This document shows positions 1-12,135 of a stretch of DNA of 64,000 bases, in pieces. Where the stretch lies: NCBI GenBank assembly GCA_965112155.1, contig OZ218102.1. The stretch is one strand, 5' to 3'. A program made the translations under genes and the position numbers. The DNA comes from Podarcis liolepis. Its lineage: Eukaryota. Position 1 is the stretch's first letter. Every line of letters begins with the position of its first letter. The notes under the pieces were generated by a model. That model did no database searches. It had not been told where the DNA came from and saw only the letters and a program-made list of their open reading frames with translations.

Positions 1-257
1 CAAGGTATTCTGCGGAGAACGCAGCCATCCAGCAAATAGTTGCTCGTCACAACAAGGCAGCTTATCTGGGAATGAACGACTTGCAGTCAGAAGGCACGTT
101 TGCCCACCTGGACGGCAATGAAGTCAATTACACCAACTGGGCAAGCGAAGAGCCAAACAATGCTGGCGGGAAGGAGGACTGCATTGAAATATTTCAGGAT
201 GGCAAGTGGAATGACAAGTCCTGCACAGAAAGACGGTTAATAGTGTGCGAGTTTTAA
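1..257 (+). CDS. Collectin gene 1, terminal CRD exon (5' part lies outside the window); SP-D/MBL-like
   Basis: Open frame from base 3: RYSAENAAIQQIVARHNKAAYLGMNDLQSEGTF...EPNNAGGKEDC...WNDKSC...IVCEF*. It has the EPN and WND motifs and the collectin C-terminal CEF. Confidence 0.92.
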   Translation, partial: RYSAENAAIQQIVARHNKAAYLGMNDLQSEGTFAHLDGNEVNYTNWASEEPNNAGGKEDCIEIFQDGKWNDKSCTERRLIVCEF

Positions 258-3200
258 TCTTGGCTGCCAACTTCTGCCCTGTTGGAAGATATGCAAGATC
301 TCTGATCGTATTTGGGAATATCCAGTGTGAAACCTGTTAGGGAATGGGGACTATCCACTGGTCCCCGGTTCCTGTACAAAGCAAGAAACCATCTCCTCCA
401 CTCTGTCTGTATTTTGAAATAGTCCTCTTTTTACGCAACTCAGGCATCCATTTCAAGAGACACAACCCACACTAGCCTGTTTGCTCATTACGGTACCATC
501 TTGCTCACTCTGAAGCCACACAACACAATAGCAAACCCGTGCATTTCCACTTGCTCATTCCATCTGCGATTTCCACTTGTTTATTCCAGCATTGTTTTTC
601 CCTAACCTGATTTATGACATCTGAACACTGGGAGTGACTTAACCTGCAGAATCAGTTGGGAAATCTTTCTGTCCCTCCTCCATTTTTGGCATTGATTTCC
701 ACCATTTCCTGGCCTTTCACTTTCTGAAATCTCAGGTACTTCACCAACTTCCCCTCATTATTGTTCCAGTTGTTATGGAACAACATTTTTCTTTTGCATT
801 TCCCCCAGGGATATTTCAAATGTGTACTTATGCACGTGTGTACAATACAGTGTCCTACACGCGCAGAGCCGCGCACCTCTGCTTCTTCTCATTTAATTTT
901 TGTTACTTTAAATATGTGACACAAATAGCCACACAGGCAGTAGCAGAAAACCTGGCACTGGGAGAGCTGGTGTCACTGTGTTCACTGTTACAGAAATCCT
1001 TCCCCAACACCATCAAAGACTACATACCTTTCAACATTACTCCAATGAAAATAGGGAACTCCTAAAGAGAAGCAGGATATTCTGGGATCAAATCAGAAAC
1101 CAGGACAGCTTCTGTAATCTGGGACTGTCCCTGGAAAATAGGGGCACTTGAGACTACCAGTTGGCAAAAATGTATCTATACATTTGCACCAATGCGACTC
1201 ACAATATTGCAAAAAGTGTGCTAAGCAGGTACCACCTGCTTTGCCTTCTCCCTAATGTTCTCGTTTCCTACTTGTATGGATTTTTAAAAAGAAAGGATAT
1301 AGGATTTTTTTTTAAATGACCCCATGAAGTGGTAACTATTTTACTACTTCAGATGCAGGGAAAGTTGACTTTTGCCAACTTCGTGCTCAAATTCTACCAA
1401 AATTGAAGTAGTGGGTGCAGAATAAAACTTGCAAACTAAGGACTCAGCTAGATTGGTAAAAAAGTGTTTTATATGTGTTGTATATGCGATATAACACTAT
1501 GGCACCAGATGGCGCTGTCGAGTCCCATCCTTTCCAACCGGGTTTCCCTGTATAAGTTAACAAAAGAGTGTGCAAGATTAAAATAAAAGATATACAGAAA
1601 TACCTTTGGTTTGTTTGATTTAGTTCTGAATCCAACGTTCCCTCAAGTGAAATTTGTCTTTTTAGTAGCAGCCAAAGCCATATTATGTTGCAACATTGTT
1701 GTGTAATGCTGTGCTTTAAAAACGAGGGGGGGGGGAATATTTGCTTTGACAAATAGCAACTTCAATGATATATTGGCAGTTTCCCGAGATAGTTCTTGCT
1801 TCATCTGGACGTTTCTTCACCTGAGAGCCATTGCTACATATTTTGTACATGGGGGTAGGGTCAGGAGATGCAATTCCCACAAGAAGGTAGAGAGTGGGTG
1901 GGTCCAACAGGCCGTAAACCACTTTTAAGTGATATGGGGCTGGGAGGTAATCAGATTTTGCTAGGTTGTACTCGGAGAGGATCTGCAGAAGGTAAGCTAG
2001 TAATTTTTCCTTCACTGTTGTATAAATCATGACTTTTCACAAACTAACCTGCAATGTTAATACCCTGTTAATCTGCTGTGTTGCTGCTGTGCCAAAATCT
2101 TAATCACTTTTGGCAGAGTTAAAAGAGGGATCGCAGGGAAAGTAGAGGTTCGTATTTCAAGGTTGGCCGTATTCCCTGGTGAAAGAACAGTGGGGCCTTG
2201 AGCCATGCCATAGACTTTGAGCCCAGGGCATGGCCTGGGGGAACATGATGCAGCTAAGCAGGTCTGAGTTTGATCAACACCAGGTTGGGAGACTACCTAG
2301 GAACCCCATGTATTACAACAGTTTACCTACCCTGGTGCAGAACAATCCAATCTTTAAGATCTTCCAAAGAGACCATAGTGGTCATTTCATGGCCAGCAGA
2401 CAGTTATCGCATGGTGACAAAAGAGTCTTCTCAGTGGTAGTACCCACCACTGGGATGTCCTCCCTCAAGTCATTTGTGATTGCATGTCCAACTACACTCA
2501 ACCTTCCCTTGTCTCTCTATTCTAAAACCCAAGAGGACATTATAAACTTCCTCCCATGGCTCCCAGTACTTCCACTTTGTCAATCAGTTGGTGAGGACCA
2601 GGTCCAAGATAGATTGTAATATGGGGGGGGGGGGAGTATTTGCCAACTATTGGCTAATAGTTATTTATTTTGCTATCTGGTGATGTGAGTGGTCACTTAC
2701 TAATTTTCTTAAACAGTTAAATACATACGGGACACTTCTTTTCATATAGATACACTCCTATTTATACAGACTGATATATCATGTATCTAAGTTTGAACTT
2801 GCCAAAACTACCAGTACCCCCAAGGATTAAATCTGACATGTTTTCATTTTATTTCTCTCCTACAAAATCCAGCTTGACCAAGCTTATTACCCCTACTCCT
2901 GAGTTATGCACCCAAACAGGCAACAAAATAAGCTACAGCAGGATTTTGAAACCTGACACTGGAAGTCTGCATCAATACCTGGCATGGGTATAAAGGAATA
3001 ACAAGGAACAAAGCAATCATGTTTCAAAAAATAAATAACTCTGCTGGATGGATGAGAGTGAGGGTGGGAAAATGAAGTTGAGCATCTTGGCTTCAGCTCT
3101 GCAAATGCATTATACATATAGAGAGCAAACAAGTCAGGATTAACACTGACTGATTGGGGTCAATTGGCAATCGGTTCTTAGAAAAGCCGCTTCCTTACAA

Positions 3201-3447
3201 CCCAGAACGACCAAGCAGCCAAAATCAGTGTCAGGAGTGGCATTCAGCAGGGTGAAGGAAGCAGCCTTAATTTGGGGTGGGTCGGTGAGGGTGGGGGGAG
3301 AGCAGTGGAAAAATGGGACTGGTGTCTGAATGGTGCAACAAGATCTGTAAACGTGCTGGCCCTTGGGATGGGCTCCACTTTAGGCAATGGTATGACTTGG
3401 GCCAGTGATCAGCATGAAGCCATTCATATGAAAGGGTGTCACTACAC

Positions 3448-3582
3448 CAGGCATAGGCAAACTCGGCCATCCAGATGTTTTGGGACTACAATTCCCATCA
3501 TCCCTGACCACTGGTCTGTTACCTAGGGATTATGGGAGTTGTAGTCCCAAAACAGCTGGATGGCTGAGTTTGCCTATGCCTG
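3448..3582. mobile_element. Palindromic hAT-type MITE (related copies near 3690, 4396, 6422, 7900, 32947, 33225, 34380, 43022)
   Basis: Long inverted arms around ggactacaattcccatcatccc; TSD cactacac/cactatac. Confidence 0.75.
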
Positions 3583-4552
3583 CACTATACTATGTAGATA
3601 GGAACAAACCTGGCACTGAACATCTGGGGTCAACAAGGACAGTGAGCATCTTTAACCCCAACCCCAATGAAGTCTATGGATGCATTTGATGGGGAACCGG
3701 TTGCCATCCAAATGTTGTTGAACTCCCAACTCTCATCATCCCTGAGTACTGGCCATGCTGGCTGGGAGTTGAAGTCCAACAACATCTGGATGGCCTCAGG
3801 TCTCCCATCCCTGCCATAGCGAAGAAGAAATTGTCGCATGGGGGGACACGGCTGTTATGAGAATAAGTCCTGAAGAGACCAACTGGGTTGTGAGTCCTGG
3901 AAGATCTGTTCCCTGCCTTGTAGGCCTTTTCCACCTGGCCTGGGAAGGTGGAGTTCGGACTGACTCCAGCTGCAGAAGCTGAGGCTGCTGAACCGATTCT
4001 TGGGCTGGGTACTATTTTTGTTGGGGTGTGGGTTGTTGCTGCTAATTTGTTGGTATTTTTCTTTTAGATCTTGTGATTTATGTGGAAATGGTTTAGTTTG
4101 GCTGTGTGCTTTTTAACTTTATTTATTGTCTAGGACTACTGTTGTTATGTTGCAGATTTATGATTTTTTTATGTTGTAAGCCACCTTGAGCATGGTTTGA
4201 ACTGTGGAAATGTGGCATACAATATGGAAAGTAGATGCGTGACACACCTGAGTCTGAATGGACCCCACAGCAGGGTGCATTGTGACTTTGTACAGGGACA
4301 GGCAAGGTCCCTGGGGATGCCACAGTGTGTGAACCCCTCCCTTCGCCCCCTCAACTAGCATGATGGGAGCCATTTTGCTACTAATAGTATAAACCAGTGT
4401 TTCCCAAACTTGGGTCTCCAGCTGTTTTTTAGACTACAACTCCCATCATCCCTAGCTAGCAAGACTAGTGGTCAGGGATGATGGGAATTGTAGCCCAAAA
4501 ACAGCTGGAGATCCAAATTTCAGGGGGGAATGCTGATATAAACTGGGATGTA

Positions 4553-6335
4553 CAGCGGCGTAGCGTGGGTTGTCAGCACCCGGGGCAAGGCAAGTAATTT
4601 GCGCCCCCTAACCCGGGGCAAGGCAAGTAATTTGCACCCCCTAACCCGGGGCAAGGCAAGTAATTTGCACCCCTTAACCCCTAACCTGCCGCCGCTGCCA
4701 GCTTCTTCTTGCTGCTGCCTGGTCTGGTCTGGTGTGGTTCTCTCCTGCGCTCAGCGCTGCGCTGGGTGGCTGCTGCACTGTCCCTCCCCCAGATAGTCCC
4801 TCGCTCTCTCTCCGCACTGCACGCCTGGCACCCACCCCCTCCACAGTGGGCAGCGACCTGGCGGCTCGGATCGGATTCGCACAGCCAGCACTGCAGTTAG
4901 AGAGAGTGAGCCAGGTAGGGGCAGAGAGCTGAGAGTGCGAGCGCCCCCCCCAAATGTTGTGCCCGGTGTGGCCGGCCCCCCCTGCACCCCCCACGCTACG
5001 CCACTGCCTATTACGCTGTCAGTGAGCCTGCAAGTAGAGCTTATCGCTAAATCTCTAATTCTAGGAAGGCTCCTCTACCCTATGGGGGAAGACCTGAAAA
5101 GGCAGCTAGGCGGGAGGGAGCCACACATCCCCCCACACCTCCCCAGAGCCACTTGCCCCCCTTTCTGCTGTGGGCAAAACCAGTCTGGAAATCACTCACT
5201 AAGTGACTTTGGATCCCTGGGAAATCACATACGAGTCACACTCATCTTTGATCTGCACCTCAGCATTGGTTTTTCCAGGTGCAAAGGAAGAATCCTGCAA
5301 TGCACACACCACCCCCACCTCCTGGCATCTCCGGAGCAGGGTGTGGGGTATGGGATGGAGAGAGAGGAGAGCCTGTCTGGACAAGGTGCCACCAGGGTGG
5401 GGGCAGGTGCCAGTCCAGATGTCTCCCTACCTTCCCCTGGTCCTCAGGGGGGAAGTCTCTAGGGCTGAAGGTGAAGGAGTCCGGGCTGGTGTTGGACTCG
5501 TGGCTTTTGGTACCCCCCCGAGGTGGTTTTGCTGGTGGGCAGCGGCTGAGTGCTGGGCTCTGGGGCTGAGGTTCGAGAGTTGGGGTGAGTCTGGCTGCTG
5601 TTGCTGGCTGGCCAGGTGCTGGATGCCGACTTGGGGCTGCTCGGCGGATGGCGGGGAGTGCCGAGTTCTGGCCTGGTCCCAAGGAATGACTGGATGTCAG
5701 CGGTGGTCGGCTGGCGAACTGTGCTGCTTCCTGGAGGAGCACTGGGCGGCGGAGGAGTCGCGGCGGAGGGCTGGGCGCTCAGAGGAGCAGTCGCCGTCGG
5801 CTCTTCGGTGAGAATGGGCGTCGCCTCCGTCGGGCCGCACGTCAAATGCTGGCAGGTCGTTCTCTGGGAGACAGGGAGAGAGAGTCACCAGGGCCGGCTG
5901 CTCGGTGGTGCGCTGCAGTCAGCCCAGGGGGCGCTGCGCAGCGACGGCGGCCTAGAGAGCCTTCGCCCGTTCCTGTTCGACGGCTGTGCAGGCACCTGCT
6001 TTGGCGGGAACTTACCACCCAGGGCGTGGAAGTCTTTGGGGAGTGCAGGGCGCGGCGAGGCCCGGCGGCGCGTCGGGGTGCGGAGGCTGCCCGTGCCGGC
6101 CAGGCGTCGGTGGCGGCGTCAGCGCTGCTGCAGCGGCTGCTCCTCCTGCGAGCAGTGAGTGGAGCGCAGCCGCAGCGGCGGCGGGGAGCGCGCGCGCGCT
6201 AGGGCGCAAGGCTGGCGGTGGCTGTGGGGAGCCCGGCGGAGGAAGGAACTTGTCCCTTCCCTCTGGACTCGCGCCCCCCCAGATGTTGCGCCCGGTGCGG
6301 CCGGCACCCTTGGCACCCCCCACGCTACGCCACTG
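4553..6335. mobile_element. Composite non-autonomous hAT-type DNA transposon with GC-rich captured cargo
   Basis: TIRs cagcggcgtagcgtggg / cccacgctacgccactg; exact 8-bp TSD gggatgta at 4545-4552 and 6336-6343; an extra internal right end at about 4940-5006. Confidence 0.85.
4578..4676 (+). repeat. 3 x 33-bp subterminal tandem repeat
   Basis: Unit acccggggcaaggcaagtaatttgc(g/a)ccccc/tta. Confidence 0.9.
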
Positions 6336-6421
6336 GGGATGTAGCAGGGAGGGGCTGTGTGCCTGTTCTCCCCTATGCAGTTTGAAACTTCACCTGTTCA
6401 AATGAAAGCCTGGAGATAGCT

Positions 6422-6557
6422 CAGGCTTCCTCAAACTCAGTCCTACAGATGTTTTGAGACTACAATTCCCATCATCCCTTCCCCCTGGTCCTGCTAGTTA
6501 GGGATCATGGGAGTTGTAGGCCAAAAACATCTGAAGGGCTGAGTTTGAGGAAGCCTG
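6422..6557. mobile_element. Palindromic hAT-type MITE
   Basis: caggcttcctcaaactc...gagtttgaggaagcctg; TSD agatagct/aggtagct. Confidence 0.75.
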
Positions 6558-7228
6558 AGGTAGCTAAATTCACACATAAATAGGCCCAGCAGTTGGTATT
6601 AGCCGTGTCATGCCATAATTGAAGCCATATAAACTCTGTTTGCTATATCCTGAGGACTAACAGTGCATTGCTATTATACAAGCCCCCATTGGTAAACACT
6701 CGGCAAAATCTGGCTTGCCACCCTAGATGGATTTCCCATAAGGGTCACCCACCTTCTGTTCTCATGTACATAAATATTTTATCTGAATCAACTAAGCTGC
6801 TGGCGTTGCCAGATGTCAGAACTCTTGATTTCCCAGCACATACTCCAACCCACTTCACAGTGGCCTTAAAAAAACCCATTTCCTTATTTACAGGAACAGG
6901 GTGAGCAGTTTAACACACATGTATCATCAGATTAGCCGACCTTTCCCACATGGATAAATGTCACGTCAAACATTGGGCAATAAAGAGACTAGAGTGATCT
7001 GCCTAATAATCCCATCGGTTCAAACCTATCAAGATTTCTGCTTGACTCTCTCACCATGATTGTAACATAGCTAGAGTTGTCCTCATAGGTATCCATTTCT
7101 TTTACTCTTGTGCAGGGATAAAATAATTAAAACCAGTGCTTCTCAAATCCCACCCCCCATATACTAAAGGGGCAGTCAGCCATCTGTAGGGTGTCCTGAA
7201 CCCCTGGCCTACCTGGCGGCAAGTCACT

Positions 7229-7902
7229 GTGCCACGTCCAAAGCTCAAAGTCCAAGGGTGAAGTCCAAAGTCTGAAGTGAAGTCCAAAGTCTGAGGGTCA
7301 GGAAATGAGGTTCAGGGTCCATCCAAGTAGCCAAGTCTAAAGTCCAGCAATCATGGTACAGTCCAGAGTCAAACCCAAATCACAGTCCTGTAGAAATCCA
7401 GGAGTATCCAAGTCAAGGTCCCTCAACATGGGCGGTTCAACAGACAAAGCACCTCAGTTCTGCTTACCTTTGGTGCCTTGCATACTGATTGCAGCACCTG
7501 GGCTTGATGAGCAATATGACCCTCACCTGTTCTAAGCCTACTCCAGCAGAGGAATCACACACATTCTCTCAGAGCTAGCGAGGCCCACCTGGCCAGCTTG
7601 GGAACTGGGCTGTGGGCCCTTGCCTGCCTCAGCCTCCTAGAGCACATCTCCCACTGTTCCCAACATCTCAGAGCTCGCTGAGTTCATAAAAACAGGGGCC
7701 CTTCTGGCTCTGGTGATGGGTCCTCCTGCTTTGGTTCCTGTGCACTGACCCTCACCCCCTTGTCATCCTCCATTACCCTGTAAGGCCTTCTTACGCCAAC
7801 CTCTCCATCCCCATCCCCTGCTTGCCCAATGTGTCCCAGTCCCAGCTACACCCCTCAGCAGGAGCCCCTTCCTCCTCCCTGTTGTCCTGCCAGTTCATGG
7901 CA
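7229..7902. mobile_element. Possible solo LTR
   Basis: tgcca...tggca termini and internal short aagtccaaagtc repeats. Confidence 0.3.
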
Positions 7903-9087
7903 TCTGTCCACAGGTAGTTGGACTCCAGCTCTCATCATCCCCAAACAGCATAGCCAATGATCAGGGAGCATGGGAACTGAAGTCCAGCAACTCCTGGAGG
8001 GTCACAGGTCAATTGCCCTCGTCTATGGTGAACATATAGCAAACTTTCGATTTTGTGGGGGAAACCACTCCAAACCATTTCCAGGAATCAAACTGATGAT
8101 TAACTGGTTTTGCAACTGCTGACCTAGTTTGTTATACACATACATCTCCACCTCTGTAATGAAGCTGTTGCAATGGAAAGAGCAAGCAGGTTTTTACTTC
8201 TTGCTAAAGTCCACACAGTGGACTTTTCAAGCACATGATTTCACCCAAAGAATCCTGGAAACTTTAGTTCACCTTCAAAGAGCTACAGTTCCCAGCACCC
8301 CTTAATAAACTACAGTTCCCATGAGTCTTTGGGGCAAGTTATGTGCTTTATATACATGGTGTGTACCCGGCCACTGAATGGCTTGCTAGTATGTCAATAC
8401 TGTGTGAGAGCAGGCTCGACCACTGCAGTCTTCCAGTAATGGAGGGCAATGGAGAAAGACCAGTGGCTCACTTTCTCCTGCACACATTTGACACTAATTG
8501 CCTGAAGAGGACTAATGTCCCCTGAGCATTGTAGGTCATGCTAGGACCTGCTGCCACATTTCTGCTACTTTCCCCCCCCCCACAAAAAAACCCTCATGTT
8601 CACTCTGATTTGAGGTGGGGCAGTGCGAGTAAATAGCAATGTGTTCTTTGCATGAATTGAAACCTATGCCACAGGTGAAGTCAGGTTTACCCTTCTCTTG
8701 CTATTTATTATTTTAAAAAACCATTCATACAGGCAATAAAGCACTGGATAACATGCCATCTAGTTTGACCCTAACTGTGGCAAATAAGCCTGAGAAATCT
8801 GAAGATCCTAATCTATGTTTTAAGTATTTGCCTTGCAGAACTTGAAACCTGTGACCCCCGCTGTAAGATCTTGTTTCCACTTTAGCTTAGGATAACAATG
8901 GCCCAGTTATGAGGTGGCAAAACCTGAGTCAGACCAAACCAAACTAGACTGCAAGTGTGTGATAGAATTTGCCCCTGAGGAAAAAAGATTCCTATACACA
9001 AATTCCTGGTGTGTGAGAGAAAACTACTGAGGACCTTTTTTGGCTGTGTGTGTGGAACTCTCTGTAGTGAAGAGGATTCAGTCATGT

Positions 9088-9160
9088 AAAGGTAAAGGGA
9101 CCCCTGACCATTAGGTCCAGTCGTGAACGACTCTGGGGTTGCTGTGCTCATCTCGCTTTA
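9088..9160. mobile_element. Sauria SINE fragment
   Basis: aaaggtaaagggacccctgaccattaggtccagtcg matches the end of the copy at 19912. Confidence 0.75.
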
Positions 9161-9260
9161 TGTAAGCTCAGATGTACTATCTGGCATGGCCCCAGGCAGA
9201 GATGTCGCCCTCAACTGTACAAATACTGTTGTGCTTTGCCTTAGATCTCATCATTGAGAA

Positions 9261-9462
9261 ATGCAACGCCATGTCCTCTGCATTCTTGTGCTGGGAGCGT
9301 CATCGGTGAGAATGTCAGATCCGGAGCAATGCAACTGTGAAGAGAAAGTGCCAGCCTGCATGGTTATTCCTGGAAGCAATGGAGTGCCAGGCATCCCTGG
9401 GAGCAATGGACTGCCAGGAAGAGATGGGAAGGAAGGTCCTCAAGGTGAAAAGGGAGAGCAAG
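9261..9462 (+). CDS. Collectin gene 2 (MBL-like), coding exon 1: signal peptide, Cys-containing N-terminus, 10 Gly-X-Y triplets
   Basis: Acceptor ttag at 9244, ATG at 9261, MQRHVLCILVLGASS...GLPGRDGKEGPQGEKGEQ, phase-1 donor g|gtatgg. Confidence 0.9.
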
Positions 9463-9789
9463 GTATGGCATAAGGAATTTCCAAGAGTTATCCAATGGTA
9501 GTCATAAAATCATAGAACTGTAAAGTTGGAAAGGACCTTGAGGGCTATATATTCAACTCCCTGCAATGCAAAGATCTCAACAAAAGCCATTTCCGACCCT
9601 AGGGAGGAGGTGGGGCTGTGGGCTTCCAGCCCCCAACTCCCGCACTGAGGCTGGCTCTCAGCCTCACGCATACAGGGGGAATCCTCTGCCGCGTCATACC
9701 CTGGCCAGCCTATCGGCTGGCTCAGGGGGTGTGGCTTGCCGCTCTTAAGGCGGTAATCTTAATGACAGATTACCATCCAATGAAGGAGA

Positions 9790-10080
9790 GACCACATCCT
9801 CCCTCGGGATTCCATTCTACTGTTGAACAACTCTTACTGTCAGAAAGTTCTTCCTGATGTTTAGCCGGAATCTCCTTTCTTGTAACTTGAAGCCATTGGT
9901 TTGAGTCCTACCCTCCAGAGCAGGAGAAAACAAGCTTGCTCCATCTTCCATGTGACCTCCCTTTAGATATTTGAAGATGGCTACCAGATCTCCCCTGGCT
10001 CCTCTTTCCCTGGCTAACAGACCCAATCCCCTCAATTGTTCCTTATAAGGCTTGGTTTCCAGACCCTTGGTCCTCTTGGT
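9790..10080 (-). mobile_element. CR1 LINE 3' fragment in gene 2 intron
   Basis: Peptide ...GFKLQERRFRLNIRKNFLTVR is the CR1 ORF2 C-terminus. Confidence 0.8.
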
Positions 10081-10387
10081 TGCTCTCTCAGTATTAGGAG
10101 GAAATCAAAGCACATGCCTGGCATGGAGGAGGCCCCATGTTCCATCTGTGGCTTCTCCACGCAAAAGGGATCTCAAATAACACGACTAGAAAAGACTGCT
10201 GGTCACTCTCCTCCAAAGAGGAGAGCACACTTGGGCAACAATGAAGACCCCCAGTTTCCCGCAGAATGTCCTTTCAAATAACTATTTGTTGGTGTAGTCA
10301 TATGTTTAACTATAACCCAAGAACGCCCATGCATTATGTTGCTCATTTGTTCATCTTTTTCTGTTTATCCATTGGATTAAATGGCAG

Positions 10388-10477
10388 GTTTACGAGGAAT
10401 GCAGGGACCCCCAGGAAAAGCTGGGCCTCCTGGCCTTAAAGGGGAAAGTGGTCAGAAAGGTGACTGTGGAGGAAAAG
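10388..10477 (+). CDS. Collectin gene 2, collagen exon (90 nt)
   Basis: gcag| GLRGMQGPPGKAGPPGLKGESGQKGDCGGK |gtaagg; phase 1-1. Confidence 0.9.
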
Positions 10478-10877
10478 GTAAGGGATGTGGACAACTGCAG
10501 ACACACACAAGCCAAGAGATTTTACTGAAATTTGTCTGGGTTTTATACACAAAGCTAATAAGAATCTAAACTTTGTGGTTCCATATGAAAAGTAAAACAT
10601 TCCAAACGATGGGATAGGATATGTCTTTATTGAAATATAAGTGTATTAAAGTCTAGAGTTGCTTTAGATATCTGTCTTAATTAAAATGGCAAATTGATTA
10701 CAGCTGCAAAATCAGTCTGGTTAAACTGAGGCTTTGTACTCCCATGATTCTTTAGAACTGCTACTTCAATCAACAACAGAAATGTTTCATTTATTGATTC
10801 AAGCAGATTCTAGTTGATGGAAGCAAACAGTCTCATATAAAGTCCCATGTGACACTACCAATTCATACACATACACA

Positions 10878-11027
10878 TGAGCTGGGATAGCTCAGCCTGT
10901 AGAACATGAGACTCTTAAATCTGAGGGTTGTGGGGCTGAGTCCCACCTTGGACAAAAGATTCCTGCATTGCAGGGGGTTGGACTAGATGACTCTTGTGGT
11001 CTCTTCAACTTTACGGTTCTATGATTC
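10878..11027 (+). mobile_element. tRNA-derived SINE with CR1-type tail (other copies about 13080-13212, 20570-20710, 27626-27760)
   Basis: gatagctcag A-box head, then ...cattgcagggggttggactagatga...ttctatgattc tail. Confidence 0.7.
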
Positions 11028-11457
11028 GATGAGCAAGGAAGTATGGTGCCATTTTTTTCAGCCTGCTATGATTCTGGCCTCAACATCACTATGGCTAGGT
11101 AAGGGAGGTGATTTGTTATAGTTTGAAAATAGTTTCCTTGTTCCTTGATGGATGGTTCATTGTGTACACTATCAACTTTATGCACCTGATGAGGTGAGCT
11201 CTTCTGAACCACAAAAATGCATGCGACATTATATTTGGTAGTCTTTGAGTTCTGCCAAGACACTGCTGATTTTGCTGCAAAGACTTAACACTCTTCAGGA
11301 ATTAAGACAATGAGAAACTGAATGGGGCAGGGAGACGGTCAATGGTGGATTTGAGATTTGTCACTTCTGAAGCAGATTCTTCCTTTGTTCTTCTTTTGTA
11401 ATCTTTTATACTTTAACACAAGCAGAACAAGAATGATACTGTCCTTTTGCCTTTTAG

Positions 11458-11541
11458 AACTTGAGCTGCTCAAAACTCAAATCAGTGATTTACAAGGAGA
11501 GCTGAAGGCTTTGCAGCTGACTGCAAGCAAAACCCAGAAAG
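11458..11541 (+). CDS. Collectin gene 2, neck (coiled-coil) exon (84 nt)
   Basis: cttttag| ELELLKTQISDLQGELKALQLTASKTQK |gtaagc; heptad leucine pattern. Confidence 0.88.
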
Positions 11542-11764
11542 GTAAGCTAGTTGTTTGTGTACCTTGATGAAAGATGTACGGGTTGCCATTAATATCATCC
11601 TCTGACATTACACAGTCCTTAATGCAACCAAACCACTCATTTGAGCAACTAAATATACAGCAATTGCTGTATGGATCAGGCCCAGGTCCTAAATTTGGGC
11701 TATTAATGACGAAAGCACATTTGAAATAATTAATTTTGATTGTATTGTCTGTTAGCCATTCTAG

Positions 11765-12135
11765 GTTACATTTTCTCAAACAGCACAAGAGTAGGAGGGA
11801 AACTATTTGTGACTAATGGAGATGACGGTGATTATGAGACTTCAAAAGCGACGTGTAACCATTTTGGTGGCCAGGTTGCTTCTCCAAGGAATGAAAATGA
11901 AAACAACGCTGCACTGAAACTCTCTGCAAAAATGGGAAGAAAAGTATTTTTTGGAATGAATGACCAGGAGACAGAAGGCATCTTCAAGCATCTTAATGGT
12001 GAAACAATGGAATATTCAAACTGGGCACCAAAAGAACCCAATGGGGTGGAAGAGGACTGCATAGAATTGTATCCAGATGGCAAATGGAATGACATCTCAT
12101 GCAATGTGGCTCGGTTAATAATGTGCGAATTTTGA
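11765..12135 (+). CDS. Collectin gene 2, CRD exon
   Basis: ctag| GYIFSNSTRVGGKLFVTNG...EPNGVEEDC...WNDISC...MCEF*. Spliced CDS is 747 nt in frame. An alternative in-frame acceptor 9 nt upstream is possible. Confidence 0.88.

Noticed and set aside
4578-4676. 33-bp repeats as a CRISPR array
   Set aside because: Head-to-tail with no spacers, in eukaryotic DNA, inside a transposon end.
4548-6405. Many overlapping 60-200 aa ORFs
   Set aside because: Expected from high GC content; no recognisable domain and no transposase.
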